A stretch of DNA of 64,000 nucleotides from a virus, in the IMG/VR virus record IMGVR_UViG_3300035492_000037. One strand, 5' to 3'. Below the pieces are notes generated by a model. The model saw only the letters and a program-made list of their open reading frames with translations, was not told the DNA's origin and ran no database searches. Each line of letters starts with the position of its first letter. Within the stretch, counting starts at the first letter, position 1. This document shows positions 26,395-34,349 of this stretch, one piece after another. The position numbers and the translations under genes were made by a program.

Positions 26395-27020
26395 GCCGCC
26401 TTACTCCTCATGCGCTCTCGCATTTCGTGTTCAAGTTCTGCCAGCTCTTCGAGGAAGAGCTTGATCTCGGTTTCCATCTGCCGAATGCGTGCCTCGTCGC
26501 GCTCCAGGCGGAAGCAGGCGTACTGCAGTTCATCCGGCAGCCGGTCGTCGAAGGTCACGAAGTCGACCCACTCCAGTTCGGCGCAAGCCATCTGCGCGAA
26601 CATCTGCCATTCGTACTGCGGGTCATGCTTGCCGGATTGGATAGTGGCGACGTGGGTGGCCGTATTCGGGCATTTGATCTCGAGGCCGCCGCGGGCGGAC
26701 AGGATCAGGCCGTCAGGCGAAGCACCGAAGCCTTCGATCGACGGGTGCAGGATCAGGCCAGCCTCGGTCACCTCTGCGTCCGCGTAGAGTTCGTATGCCA
26801 TCCTGGCAATCGGCTCCATTTCGTTGCCACGCTGCATCGCTGCGCTGGTGAACCCTTCTTCGCGCTTGCCGGTCAGCCGCTCGCACAGGAGCTGCATCAT
26901 GTAATTCTGGCGGGTAGCAGAAGGGGCGCCTCCGCGCCCCTTTGCCATTACGTCCCGAACCCGGCTGGCCGTAACGCGGCCGATTCGAGCGGAGAACCAT
27001 TCGTCAGTTTGCTGCTGCAT
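26391..27020 (-). CDS. YqaJ/lambda-exonuclease family recombination nuclease
   Basis: EWF.AR.GRVTAS…GNEMEPIAR..YE…GASPDG…LEIKCP…WQM. Confidence 0.9.
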   Translation of the reverse strand: MQQQTDEWFSARIGRVTASRVRDVMAKGRGGAPSATRQNYMMQLLCERLTGKREEGFTSAAMQRGNEMEPIARMAYELYADAEVTEAGLILHPSIEGFGASPDGLILSARGGLEIKCPNTATHVATIQSGKHDPQYEWQMFAQMACAELEWVDFVTFDDRLPDELQYACFRLERDEARIRQMETEIKLFLEELAELEHEMRERMRSKAA

Positions 27021-27933
27021 GGTCAGCCTCCTGCACCTCTCCCTCGATCGGTGCTGGTTGTGCGCTCAGTGCGGCCTTGCGGGCCTCGACGGCGGTCTTT
27101 AAGGATGAGAACGACGACACGTCTTTAGCGGCCTGCATCTCTGCCTTGCCTGCCAGCCAGACGCTTTGCAGTGCTTCCAGTGATTCAGCGTTCACGACCT
27201 GGGCAATCCACTTCTCGGCAAGCTCTCCGCCGCGTGGCTGCTCATTCATCGACGCCAGGCCTTCCCCTGAATCGGTGTTCAGGTGATGGATCGCCTTGTC
27301 GAGACGGTCAGTCTTTGGCCAGTACTTGTAGGCGCGCTTGACGACTGTTTTCTTCGCCATTTCGCCGTAGTCCGTCTTCCAGGGCGAGGAGCGGCCGGAC
27401 TTCACCGACTGCGACCGATTCATGATTGAATCAATCTCGTCGCGGCTCATGCAGGTTGTGAGGTAGTCGCCGTCGGCCGTCTTGACTACGACGTACACGC
27501 CAACGATCTGGCCTCGATCCTTCGAGAAGGGGTTGTACTGGTGCGCCGGGGGCTTGTCGAAGCCGTTCAGGGCGAAGGAATCGTTCTGGTAGACCAATTC
27601 AGCCTGCGCCCAGCGAATAGAGCCGGTGGCCATGGCCAAGTCCATCAGGCCCATGTAGCTGATGTCGAGGCAGATCTTGCCGTCGCGCGGCACCAGATAG
27701 GCCTGCCGCTTGGCGGGGTTGAGGCTGATCCCGATGGCCGCGATGTTGGTGACCGCGTTCACGACCGACTGGCGGTTGTTCATCGCGATCTTGGTGGCAA
27801 AGTCATTGCCCTGGATGGTCTGTATTGCGAACTCGGCTTCCCGCTCGAAGCTGAGCGTCTTGTCGGTCAGCACCTGGGCGAATGAATCGCGCGCGCCGTA
27901 GATGTCCTGCGCGATGGTTAGGGCGTTGCTCAT
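27004..27933 (-). CDS. recT: RecT-family single-strand annealing protein
   Basis: GISLNPAKRQAYLVP…ISYMGL…PWKTDYGEMAKKTVVKR. Confidence 0.85.
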   Translation of the reverse strand: MSNALTIAQDIYGARDSFAQVLTDKTLSFEREAEFAIQTIQGNDFATKIAMNNRQSVVNAVTNIAAIGISLNPAKRQAYLVPRDGKICLDISYMGLMDLAMATGSIRWAQAELVYQNDSFALNGFDKPPAHQYNPFSKDRGQIVGVYVVVKTADGDYLTTCMSRDEIDSIMNRSQSVKSGRSSPWKTDYGEMAKKTVVKRAYKYWPKTDRLDKAIHHLNTDSGEGLASMNEQPRGGELAEKWIAQVVNAESLEALQSVWLAGKAEMQAAKDVSSFSSLKTAVEARKAALSAQPAPIEGEVQEADHAAAN

Positions 27934-27959
27934 CGGATCTACCTCGGTAAGTGATCGGA

Positions 27960-28115
27960 TTAGAAAAAGTGATTAATCGCCGCCCACTGGAAGACGATAA
28001 GCATGTCCAGTGCTGCGAACCCCAGGAGAGCCCACCAAGCAGCTGCGAAGCTGTGGCCTGATGGGGTGTCGTCGTGCGGGCCGGTGTCGTAGGGGAGGGG
28101 GAGGGTGCGGTTCAT
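27960..28115 (-). CDS. Small membrane protein
   Basis: 51 aa with a hydrophobic C-terminal half. Confidence 0.45.
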   Translation of the reverse strand: MNRTLPLPYDTGPHDDTPSGHSFAAAWWALLGFAALDMLIVFQWAAINHFF

Positions 28116-28399
28116 ATGTACTGGTCCTTCGTAAGCTGGCCTAGGCACGCGATGGGCTTCAGGTAGTGCAGGTCAGATATGAAGCAATTGCGATCCCAGG
28201 ACGGGTTGACCAAAATGTGGTACCCGCCGGGGCTGCCCTTCTTGCGATCGCTTCGAATCCCATTGAGGAAGCCGGTGTAGAGCAGAGCCTTATGCACCGG
28301 GTTGCCTTGCCTGAATGCAACTTCAACCTGATACCAGCTGGATTCTTCCCATCCGCCATCTGGCGCGATGATCGTTCTTTCATCTGGCGGCATTTTCAT
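28112..28399 (-). CDS. Hypothetical phage protein
   Basis: 95 aa, overlapping start/stop with its neighbours. Confidence 0.55.
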   Translation of the reverse strand: MKMPPDERTIIAPDGGWEESSWYQVEVAFRQGNPVHKALLYTGFLNGIRSDRKKGSPGGYHILVNPSWDRNCFISDLHYLKPIACLGQLTKDQYI

Positions 28400-28515
28400 C
28401 CCGTCACCTTCCCTGCCAGTCCGCTAATCACAGCCAGCAGCGAGAACACTGCCAGGCCGTAGCCGTAGAATTTCCAGAACCAGATGCGCTTGGCGCGTTG
28501 GTAGGCTGATGCCAT
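28396..28515 (-). CDS. Small membrane peptide (39 aa), not in the ORF track
   Basis: My translation MASAYQRAKRIWFWKFYGYGLAVFSLLAVISGLAGKVTG; GGAGG RBS; ATGA overlap. Confidence 0.55.
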   Translation of the reverse strand: MASAYQRAKRIWFWKFYGYGLAVFSLLAVISGLAGKVTG

Positions 28516-28517
28516 GG

Positions 28518-28994
28518 CTAGCCTCCGAATATGTGCTTGTCACAAACGCTGTATGCAATCTTGCAGCGCTCTAGATCGAAGTGGCCGAAGTGGCATTCCT
28601 GCTTCGGTATGCCCATCTTCTTGGCGAGCCATTCGTATGCCTGATTGCGGCTCATGCCTTCGATGCTGCTGACCCGCTGCCAAAGGCTCTTCGCCTCCTT
28701 GCGGGCATCGCGAAGCTCTTTGTCAGCCATCGTGCCAAGCGGTAGATCGGTAGCAGGGTGAAGTCCAACCATTGCGTCGCAAGGCTGGCACCAGTACGCA
28801 TACGGCCAGTCGCCGTATTCACGGCCGCGATAGATCTCGCTGTTGTTCACCAGGCGAACAGGGCCATTGCAGTAAGGGCAGCGCGTTGGCGGTGGCATCC
28901 AGTCTTTTACCCGGCGCAGCGCGTGGCGGCTAACAACCGGCAGAGGCGCTGGCGGGACGATTCGGTCAGGGCTGTTCGCTCGTGGATCAGTCAT
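28518..28994 (-). CDS. DUF3268-like zinc-finger protein
   Basis: CPYC…NSEIYRGR.YG…C..CDA.VG.H..T..PLGT.A…R.AR. Confidence 0.75.
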   Translation of the reverse strand: MTDPRANSPDRIVPPAPLPVVSRHALRRVKDWMPPPTRCPYCNGPVRLVNNSEIYRGREYGDWPYAYWCQPCDAMVGLHPATDLPLGTMADKELRDARKEAKSLWQRVSSIEGMSRNQAYEWLAKKMGIPKQECHFGHFDLERCKIAYSVCDKHIFGG

Positions 28995-29092
28995 CACGCA
29001 CCCCCTATCAGCGCAACGTAACCAAGCCATCCGCAGAACGGCGCCACTCCGCCATACAGCAGGAAGGCGCCGGCTATGTTCTTGAGGGTCAT
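28994..29092 (-). CDS. Small membrane peptide (32 aa), not in the ORF track
   Basis: My translation MTLKNIAGAFLLYGGVAPFCGWLGYVALIGGA. Confidence 0.45.
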   Translation of the reverse strand: MTLKNIAGAFLLYGGVAPFCGWLGYVALIGGA

Positions 29093-29286
29093 GGCTGCTC
29101 TCCTTGCATGGCCTCGCCGAGAGTTGAAAACCGGAACGAATCAGGCAGCTTTACAGCCTCAATTGAGCCGCCAGATAGGGACTGGATCATGTGGATCAAA
29201 ACGTCCTGGCACTCGGCCGGGAATTTGATGTGGCATACCGCTCCGTCAATCTCTGCGGTGATCTGCAGCCGTGTGATTCGTGTCAT
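29089..29286 (-). CDS. Hypothetical phage protein
   Basis: 65 aa, ATGA overlaps. Confidence 0.5.
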   Translation of the reverse strand: MTRITRLQITAEIDGAVCHIKFPAECQDVLIHMIQSLSGGSIEAVKLPDSFRFSTLGEAMQGEQP

Positions 29287-29756
29287 GGCTGGGCTCCTTG
29301 CAGGGCGGCGCGGTCGATTCGCTCAATCTCAGCGAGAAGCAGGGCGGCTGCTCGGACATAGTTCGCTCTAGCATCTCGCGGCTTCCACCACTTGGCATGG
29401 AAAGGCCAGATGCACGGCGCGCACGGCGCTTCGTCATTGGCGCCGTTGAGCACGTACGCCGCCGCTGCGCGCGGTAGCTCGGCAGCGCTGTAAAGGTCGT
29501 CATGAGCAGGCGTCCATCCTTCGCGCTCGACTTGGCGTCTGCGCTCTGCCAGAACATCAGCAGAAGCTCGGGTTGGCCGATCACGCTCGTCAAGGAGTGC
29601 ATCCCGCTCAGCGAGAAGGGCGTCGTAGTCGCTATGGAGCACGTAGCGGCCATGAGGTCCTGCCTTCATCGTGGCGTCTGTTTCAATCTCGCCAGTGCCG
29701 TCGCCGGCATATCGGTTGACGATTCTCAGGTCCCACCGCTTCACTTCCTTGCTCAT
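29283..29756 (-). CDS. Hypothetical phage protein (Ead/Ea22-like N-terminal motif)
   Basis: GRYVLHSDYDAL; DVLAERRRQ…GWTPAHDD…R.N.VRAAALLLAEIERIDR. Confidence 0.7.
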   Translation of the reverse strand: MSKEVKRWDLRIVNRYAGDGTGEIETDATMKAGPHGRYVLHSDYDALLAERDALLDERDRPTRASADVLAERRRQVEREGWTPAHDDLYSAAELPRAAAAYVLNGANDEAPCAPCIWPFHAKWWKPRDARANYVRAAALLLAEIERIDRAALQGAQP

Positions 29757-30034
29757 GCCGCCTCCTGCTTGATCTGCTCTGCCTGCAATCCAGCCACGCT
29801 CGCCGTAATGCTGCGCAGCTTCTCCAGTACGTCCGCCTCGCTTTCGCCTGGCAGGCCGTCGAGGTAAACGCGAAGGTTGAGCAGCGGTTCCTTGGTCTTC
29901 ACGTTGTAGGCCCGGACATACAGCCCGTTGGTGTTGCCGGCGTAGTCCATGTGCACCTCGAAGCGGCCGGCTTGCGTGATGTCCACGCACAGGCAGAACA
30001 GGTCGAACACGGCTTGTTGGATTTCAGTGGTCAT
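29753..30034 (-). CDS. Hypothetical phage protein
   Basis: 93 aa ending KQEAA, coupled to the next gene. Confidence 0.55.
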   Translation of the reverse strand: MTTEIQQAVFDLFCLCVDITQAGRFEVHMDYAGNTNGLYVRAYNVKTKEPLLNLRVYLDGLPGESEADVLEKLRSITASVAGLQAEQIKQEAA

Positions 30035-30318
30035 GCTGCGCGCTCCTTGATAACGGGGTCGGTGATGGCCTGTAGCGCCTCAATGACGCCGCGCAGGGCC
30101 AGCGGGTAGGTGTCAGGCTTTGCATTCACCAGCGGCAACAGCTCGTCGCACAGGCGCAATACCGCGTCTTGGTCCGGGCCGCCGATGGCGTCGTACAGGT
30201 CCTTTGCGTCGAACAGGTCACGCGCTCGCTCAATGCGAAGATCGCGCGCCCACTCTCGGCCGGCAGCACGATCCCGCTGCGCCTCGTCGCCGGGCACAGG
30301 GCTGATGTAGATGCTCAT
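30031..30318 (-). CDS. Hypothetical phage protein
   Basis: GAGG RBS; 95 aa. Confidence 0.55.
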   Translation of the reverse strand: MSIYISPVPGDEAQRDRAAGREWARDLRIERARDLFDAKDLYDAIGGPDQDAVLRLCDELLPLVNAKPDTYPLALRGVIEALQAITDPVIKERAA

Positions 30319-30350
30319 GGGTGGCTACCTCGATGTGCCCGGACGGGCGA

Positions 30351-30638
30351 TTAGGCTTCGCGCTCTGCCTGGTCGAGAGCAGAGGCGCGCTTGTTGATCC
30401 GCTCGATGCGCTTGGCGATGTCGGCGCGCTGCTCGTCGATCTTCTTGCGGCCGGCTGCGATGGCTTCCTCCTTTGTCGGATAAAGATGCAGTTCCGTGCT
30501 GAACGCCTTGCCCTTGTCGCTTACGTCCCAGTGTTGGAATTGGCCCCATGTTGAGTACGCTCGGGTCAACTCAACCTCAACCGGTTTGAACGCTGGTGTC
30601 AGCGCCCATGCTTTGTACGGGTAGGTTCTTTCAGACAT
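30351..30638 (-). CDS. Hypothetical phage protein flanked by 16-bp direct repeats
   Basis: GGAG RBS; TGTGCCCGGACGGGCG at 30334-30349 and 30683-30698. Confidence 0.6.
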   Translation of the reverse strand: MSERTYPYKAWALTPAFKPVEVELTRAYSTWGQFQHWDVSDKGKAFSTELHLYPTKEEAIAAGRKKIDEQRADIAKRIERINKRASALDQAEREA

Positions 30639-30792
30639 AAGCTCTCCAAGCCGCGTCCTGCGCAGCGTTTAGATTGAGTGGGTGTGCCCGGACGGGCGGG
30701 GAAGGGTGATGCAGTGGCCGGTGCTGATCTCCGGCTTTGTCGGCAGTTGCCGAAATCCGACTGGTCCTTAGCGCATCAGCCTGCGCAACACT

Positions 30793-30928
30793 GCATCGGG
30801 GAGTGATCTGGCCGGGATTCGAACCCGTAAGACTTACGTCGATTTCGGCAGCGCTACCTAGTCGACCGCCCAGCACCCACTGGCGCCCCTGTCCCAAACG
30901 AGGCAAACACCAGATCACTCTCCGATGC
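30793..30928 (-). ncRNA. tRNA-like structured RNA enclosed by a 19-bp stem
   Basis: Arms 30793-30811 and 30910-30928 (18/19 complementary); on the minus strand a CGGG-TTCGAAT-CCCG T-arm and a 7-bp acceptor-like GATCTGG/CCAGATC followed by U8. Confidence 0.5.
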
Positions 30929-31089
30929 CGACTGGTAACGCCAGTCACTCGGCCTGCTACCGATTCCCCGGCAGGCGCGCGGCAGGAGTTGTCTTCCTTG
31001 ACGCCGGATCGGCTCCAGCGATGGTCGTGGCGCTCCCAGCACCGCGCGCCGTACGGTTATCGCAGACCTGGGGGTCTGGCCTGGCTGGT

Positions 31090-31173
31090 TCAGGGTTTAT
31101 GGCGCCACCACTCCAGCCCCCACAGCGCAGCTAGTACGCAGATGAGGAGGAGGGTTTCTGGTTCGGTTAGCAT
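31090..31173 (-). CDS. Small membrane peptide (27 aa)
   Basis: MLTEPETLLLICVLAALWGLEWWRHKP; overlaps the upstream stop. Confidence 0.35.
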   Translation of the reverse strand: MLTEPETLLLICVLAALWGLEWWRHKP

Positions 31174-31487
31174 GGGGTGCCGCGAGCCTTGGCGATGGCG
31201 GCGCGCATCGTTCTCAGTGCCGCCTGGGCATCCCTGACATAAGCAGGATCGAAGCCTCCGGCCAGATGGATCACCGCTTGGCACGCGTGCAACTCTTTGC
31301 AGGCCAGTTCTAGGGCGTGCAGCAGATCAGGCGCAGCGACAATCAGGTCCGCATCTGCCTCGGTGTAGACGTAGTCAGCAACCTGCTCGCCGTCGTCGTT
31401 GAAGTAGATTGGAAAGCCGTGGGCGTTGCCGCCGTAGCTGACGCGCTCGCCCTTGCGCCAAACGCCTTGCGTGATTCCATTGCTCAT
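31167..31487 (-). CDS. Hypothetical phage protein
   Basis: GGAGG RBS; TQGVW…ADADLIVAAPDLLHALE…AAIAKARG, a widespread phage early-gene motif. Confidence 0.75.
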   Translation of the reverse strand: MSNGITQGVWRKGERVSYGGNAHGFPIYFNDDGEQVADYVYTEADADLIVAAPDLLHALELACKELHACQAVIHLAGGFDPAYVRDAQAALRTMRAAIAKARGTPC

Positions 31488-31549
31488 CTCATCCTCCTAT
31501 GTGCTGATGGGTGCCCGCTGCAGCCTGTAGCCAAGCTGCGGGGGTGGGG

Positions 31550-31672
31550 TTAGGCCAGCCACTTGACAGGGGTGAACTCGCCGTCTGCGAAACCCACCTT
31601 GATCGAGTAGGCGCCCTCTGGCGTTATCCAGTGCCCGGTGCATTTGTCCAGGACAAGAATTGCTGCCTTCAT
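31550..31672 (-). CDS. Small hypothetical protein (40 aa), not in the ORF track
   Basis: GGAGG RBS; my translation MKAAILVLDKCTGHWITPEGAYSIKVGFADGEFTPVKWLA. Confidence 0.5.
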   Translation of the reverse strand: MKAAILVLDKCTGHWITPEGAYSIKVGFADGEFTPVKWLA

Positions 31673-31973
31673 GGTGTTCCTCCGTTCGTGTTGTGATTCA
31701 TCAAGCCACCAACTGCGCCTCTTCCATCCGCTGCGCTCTCACTACAACCTGAGAGCGGTGGGGTGGGGTGTGGTTATGCGTGCTAGTGCGTTGCAAATCG
31801 GCGATTCCAGCGCGCCACAATCTTGATTGCGCGCTCTCTGGATTGGATAAACCGGGCCGGTCGCATCTCCTCATCCGTAGGCAGCGGAAGGCGCCGGCAT
31901 TCTTCGTCACTCCAGCACCGCTGGATCGCCCATCCGTGGCGAGCCGCTCGGCCCTCTATGTAGAGCCTCACGA

Positions 31974-32132
31974 CTAAACCACCGAGGACCAAGTGTTGTT
32001 CGAGTACAGAACAGCCTCATACAGCTTCTTCCCGCGAGGCTTCTTCAGCGTGAAGATGGTGCGCGTGTCGCCTTTCACTTCGATCTGCCAGGACTTGAGC
32101 ACTTCGTACCGTTGGCCGTTGATCGTGATCAT
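31974..32132 (-). CDS. First gene of the leftward early operon, small basic protein (52 aa)
   Basis: GGAGG RBS; MITINGQRYEVLKSW…. Confidence 0.6.
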   Translation of the reverse strand: MITINGQRYEVLKSWQIEVKGDTRTIFTLKKPRGKKLYEAVLYSNNTWSSVV

Positions 32133-32381
32133 GTTGAATCCCTCCGGTTGTCTTCCCAATGCCGACTCATCGAATCGGCATCAGTGAATGTTCCGTTCTC
32201 CGTTGCGCGCTATGCCGAGTCGTCTCAGGCCCTAGTCAGCTACTGGCGTCTTCCAGGGCGGCGGTTGCGCAACTTCGCGTGGCTGCATGTGGAGCCACGG
32301 CCAGTTCCAGAGCTGGCATGGGGCGGGGAATTTGTTGATCGCGCTGTTCGGTTGCCCGGACCCCGCCGCGATGTTCCTGAA

Positions 32382-32393
32382 TTCTTAAAGAGC
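32382..32393 (-). promoter_or_regulatory. boxA-like antitermination element (nutL-like)
   Basis: Minus strand GCTCTTTAAGAA, close to the rrn/lambda boxA consensus, about 60 nt downstream of pL. Confidence 0.5.
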
Positions 32394-32453
32394 CTTCCGG
32401 GATCACCCGAGGCCTCTCGGCCTGTCGGCGCGGTGTGCTGCGTCGACGGGTGA

Positions 32454-32495
32454 ACGATACGATAGCGTATGGGTTGCGTCAATACGTTTTTGCAT
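32454..32495 (-). promoter_or_regulatory. pL promoter with two overlapping operators
   Basis: -35 TTGACG (32482-32477), 17 bp, -10 TATCGT (32459-32454); ATAC-N6-GTAT at 32457-32470 and ATAC-N6-GCAT at 32482-32495. Confidence 0.7.
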
Positions 32496-32513
32496 GAATT
32501 TTATTCCGGGCAT

Positions 32514-32539
32514 AAAAAAGCCCGCTCAGTGGCGGGCTC
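32514..32539 (-). terminator. Terminator downstream of cI
   Basis: GCCCGC/GCGGGC stem with a U tract on the minus strand. Confidence 0.7.
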
Positions 32540-32559
32540 TTCGTATTACGTTTGGAGGG

Positions 32560-33213
32560 TCAGAACATGGATTTCGGCAGCTTAGCGTCAATGACGCGAC
32601 CTATAAGAACGATCCGGTCATCCATCCGAATTGTCTCAAAGCTTGGGTTCAGCGGCTCGAGGTATTCGACCCCGGCGTCTCGGACGTACCGCTTAAAGGT
32701 CGTCTCACCGCTGTCCAGCATCTTCGCAATGTAGAACTTTCCACTTATGACGTCGAAGCCTTCAGGCTGAACCAAAATGCGCATCTTAGGCATAAAGCTC
32801 GGACCTTCTCGCGGCGACACCATCGAAAGGCCTTTTACTTCAAGCCAATAACCATATCGGCCAGCGTTCTCGTTCGACTCAATGAACTCCTCAGCCTGTC
32901 CTGGCTGGAAGTTGTCGCACGACTCCGCAAGCGCTCCCGCTGCTACCCAACTTATCAAGGGATACCGCCTCTCTTCCCGGTGTGGCTGTTCGGTTGCGCC
33001 TACGTTAGCGCCTCCGCTTCCAAATAATAGCCACTCCGGGGTTACGCCTAGCGGGCGCGCCAGCTTACTGACGGTGGTTTTCCGTGGGCTATCGCTTTCG
33101 CCGGATAGTATCCGATTGATAGTCGGCTGCGGGACTCCCGATCGGCGGGAAAGTTCACCTTCTGACCATCCCTTGACCCTCATCAACTCGCCCAGGCGGG
33201 CCGCAATAGTCAT
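32560..33213 (-). CDS. cI: CI-like repressor (XRE HTH plus S24 peptidase)
   Basis: SEGELSRRSGVPQPTINRIL HTH; YPLISWVAAG, WLEVKGLSM, TTFKRY self-cleavage domain. Confidence 0.93.
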   Translation of the reverse strand: MTIAARLGELMRVKGWSEGELSRRSGVPQPTINRILSGESDSPRKTTVSKLARPLGVTPEWLLFGSGGANVGATEQPHREERRYPLISWVAAGALAESCDNFQPGQAEEFIESNENAGRYGYWLEVKGLSMVSPREGPSFMPKMRILVQPEGFDVISGKFYIAKMLDSGETTFKRYVRDAGVEYLEPLNPSFETIRMDDRIVLIGRVIDAKLPKSMF

Positions 33214-33223
33214 GTCTGCCTCG

Positions 33224-33278
33224 ATACCTTTTTGTATATCGAGAGTGTATTGCCTGCGCCCATGCGAAAGCGTATCAT
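33224..33278 (+). promoter_or_regulatory. pR promoter and OR operators
   Basis: -35 TTGCCT (33250-33255), 17 bp, -10 TATCAT (33273-33278); ATAC-N6-GTAT at 33224-33237 and ATGC-N6-GTAT at 33262-33275. Confidence 0.7.
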
Positions 33279-33310
33279 CGGTCATACATAACCTGATTGG
33301 TGCTATGAGA

Positions 33311-33508
33311 ATGACCATCCAAGAAATGCTGCGCGACCTGGAGGCCTTCGGTTTCTCGCAGCGCGAAATCGCAGAGAAGTGCGGGACCAGCCAGCCGAAC
33401 ATCAGCCGAGCAATCAACGGCACCGCTGTTCGCTACGAACTCGGGAAGTGCATCGAGGAGATGCACAAGAAGGCTCGCCGCTCCGCTATGCGGAAGGCTG
33501 CAGCTTAA
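33311..33508 (+). CDS. cro: Cro-like repressor
   Basis: GFSQREIAEKCGTSQPNISRA HTH; divergent from cI. Confidence 0.85.
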   Translation: MTIQEMLRDLEAFGFSQREIAEKCGTSQPNISRAINGTAVRYELGKCIEEMHKKARRSAMRKAAA

Positions 33509-33621
33509 TCCTTGGTTCTTGCGCGTTTGCATAAGCGACATCCCTGTCAGTGGTTTCCATGAATCCAGTATTGCCCGACGAACGGTAGGGCGCCACGGAA
33601 AGAGACAAGAGGTTTTACGAG

Positions 33622-34044
33622 ATGGAAGATTTTCTGAGAGCTGCCCAATCCGCGGTGCTGGATCACGAAGCCAAGAGCCTGGCCGCCAAGATGGGCGTTC
33701 CGCATGTGAGCCTGCTGCAGCGCGCCAACCCGGACAACGATGCGCATCACCTGACCATCGAGCACCTGTTCGGGATCCTGCTCCACACCGGCGACATGCG
33801 CCCCCTGGAGGCGCTGGCTGAGGCCTTTGGCTTTGAGTTGGTGGCCAAGGAGCAGCCCAAGGCGCGCGACCTGTCCGCCGCGATGCTCCACGTGACCAAA
33901 GAATTCGCAGACGTTGCTCGCTCCGTGAGCGATGCGATGGATGACGGCCGTATCTCCCAGCACGAGCGTGCGCAGATCAGCCGCGAGATCAACGAAGCCC
34001 GCCACAGCCTCGATGTGATGGCGGCTTCGGTAAAGGTCGCCTGA
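33622..34044 (+). CDS. Phage regulatory CII-family protein
   Basis: LAAKMG…LLQRANPDNDAHHLT; position after cro. Confidence 0.75.
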   Translation: MEDFLRAAQSAVLDHEAKSLAAKMGVPHVSLLQRANPDNDAHHLTIEHLFGILLHTGDMRPLEALAEAFGFELVAKEQPKARDLSAAMLHVTKEFADVARSVSDAMDDGRISQHERAQISREINEARHSLDVMAASVKVA

Positions 34045-34116
34045 CAGACAGGCACAAAAAAGCCACCGGGCAAGGGTGGCTTCTTCAACAGCGGTACAAC
34101 TGAACTGGAGTGAATT

Positions 34117-34347
34117 ATGCGCCAACACGACTTCCACCGCAACACCATCGACCAGCAGCGCGCAAGCGCCGTTATCGCAGGGCCGTGGCCTTCCTACTCG
34201 GCATTCAAGCATCTGCCTGAGCGTGAGCGCTGGGTGCTCTACGGATCGGCCAAGGCCTATCGCGGCGCTCTGGAAGAGCTGGGCATTCAGATGGCCGAGA
34301 GCTACGACGAATTCATCAAGCGCGTCACTGACGAGCTGGAGATTTGA
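34117..34347 (+). CDS. Hypothetical phage protein
   Basis: GGAG RBS; 76 aa. Confidence 0.65.
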   Translation: MRQHDFHRNTIDQQRASAVIAGPWPSYSAFKHLPERERWVLYGSAKAYRGALEELGIQMAESYDEFIKRVTDELEI

Positions 34348-34349
34348 GC

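Noticed and set aside
30804-30916. Annotation as a functional tRNA gene
   Set aside because: 113-nt body, 19-nt loop in place of a 7-nt anticodon loop, no clear D-arm and no encoded CCA; kept only as tRNA-like
32240-32482. 80-aa minus-strand ORF as a possible N antiterminator
   Set aside because: Its start lies in the pL -35 element, upstream of the predicted transcription start
32882-33423. Long N-terminal extensions of cI (from 33423) and cro (from 32882) in the ORF track
   Set aside because: They run through each other and the operator/promoter region; the HTH domains start at 33213 and 33311
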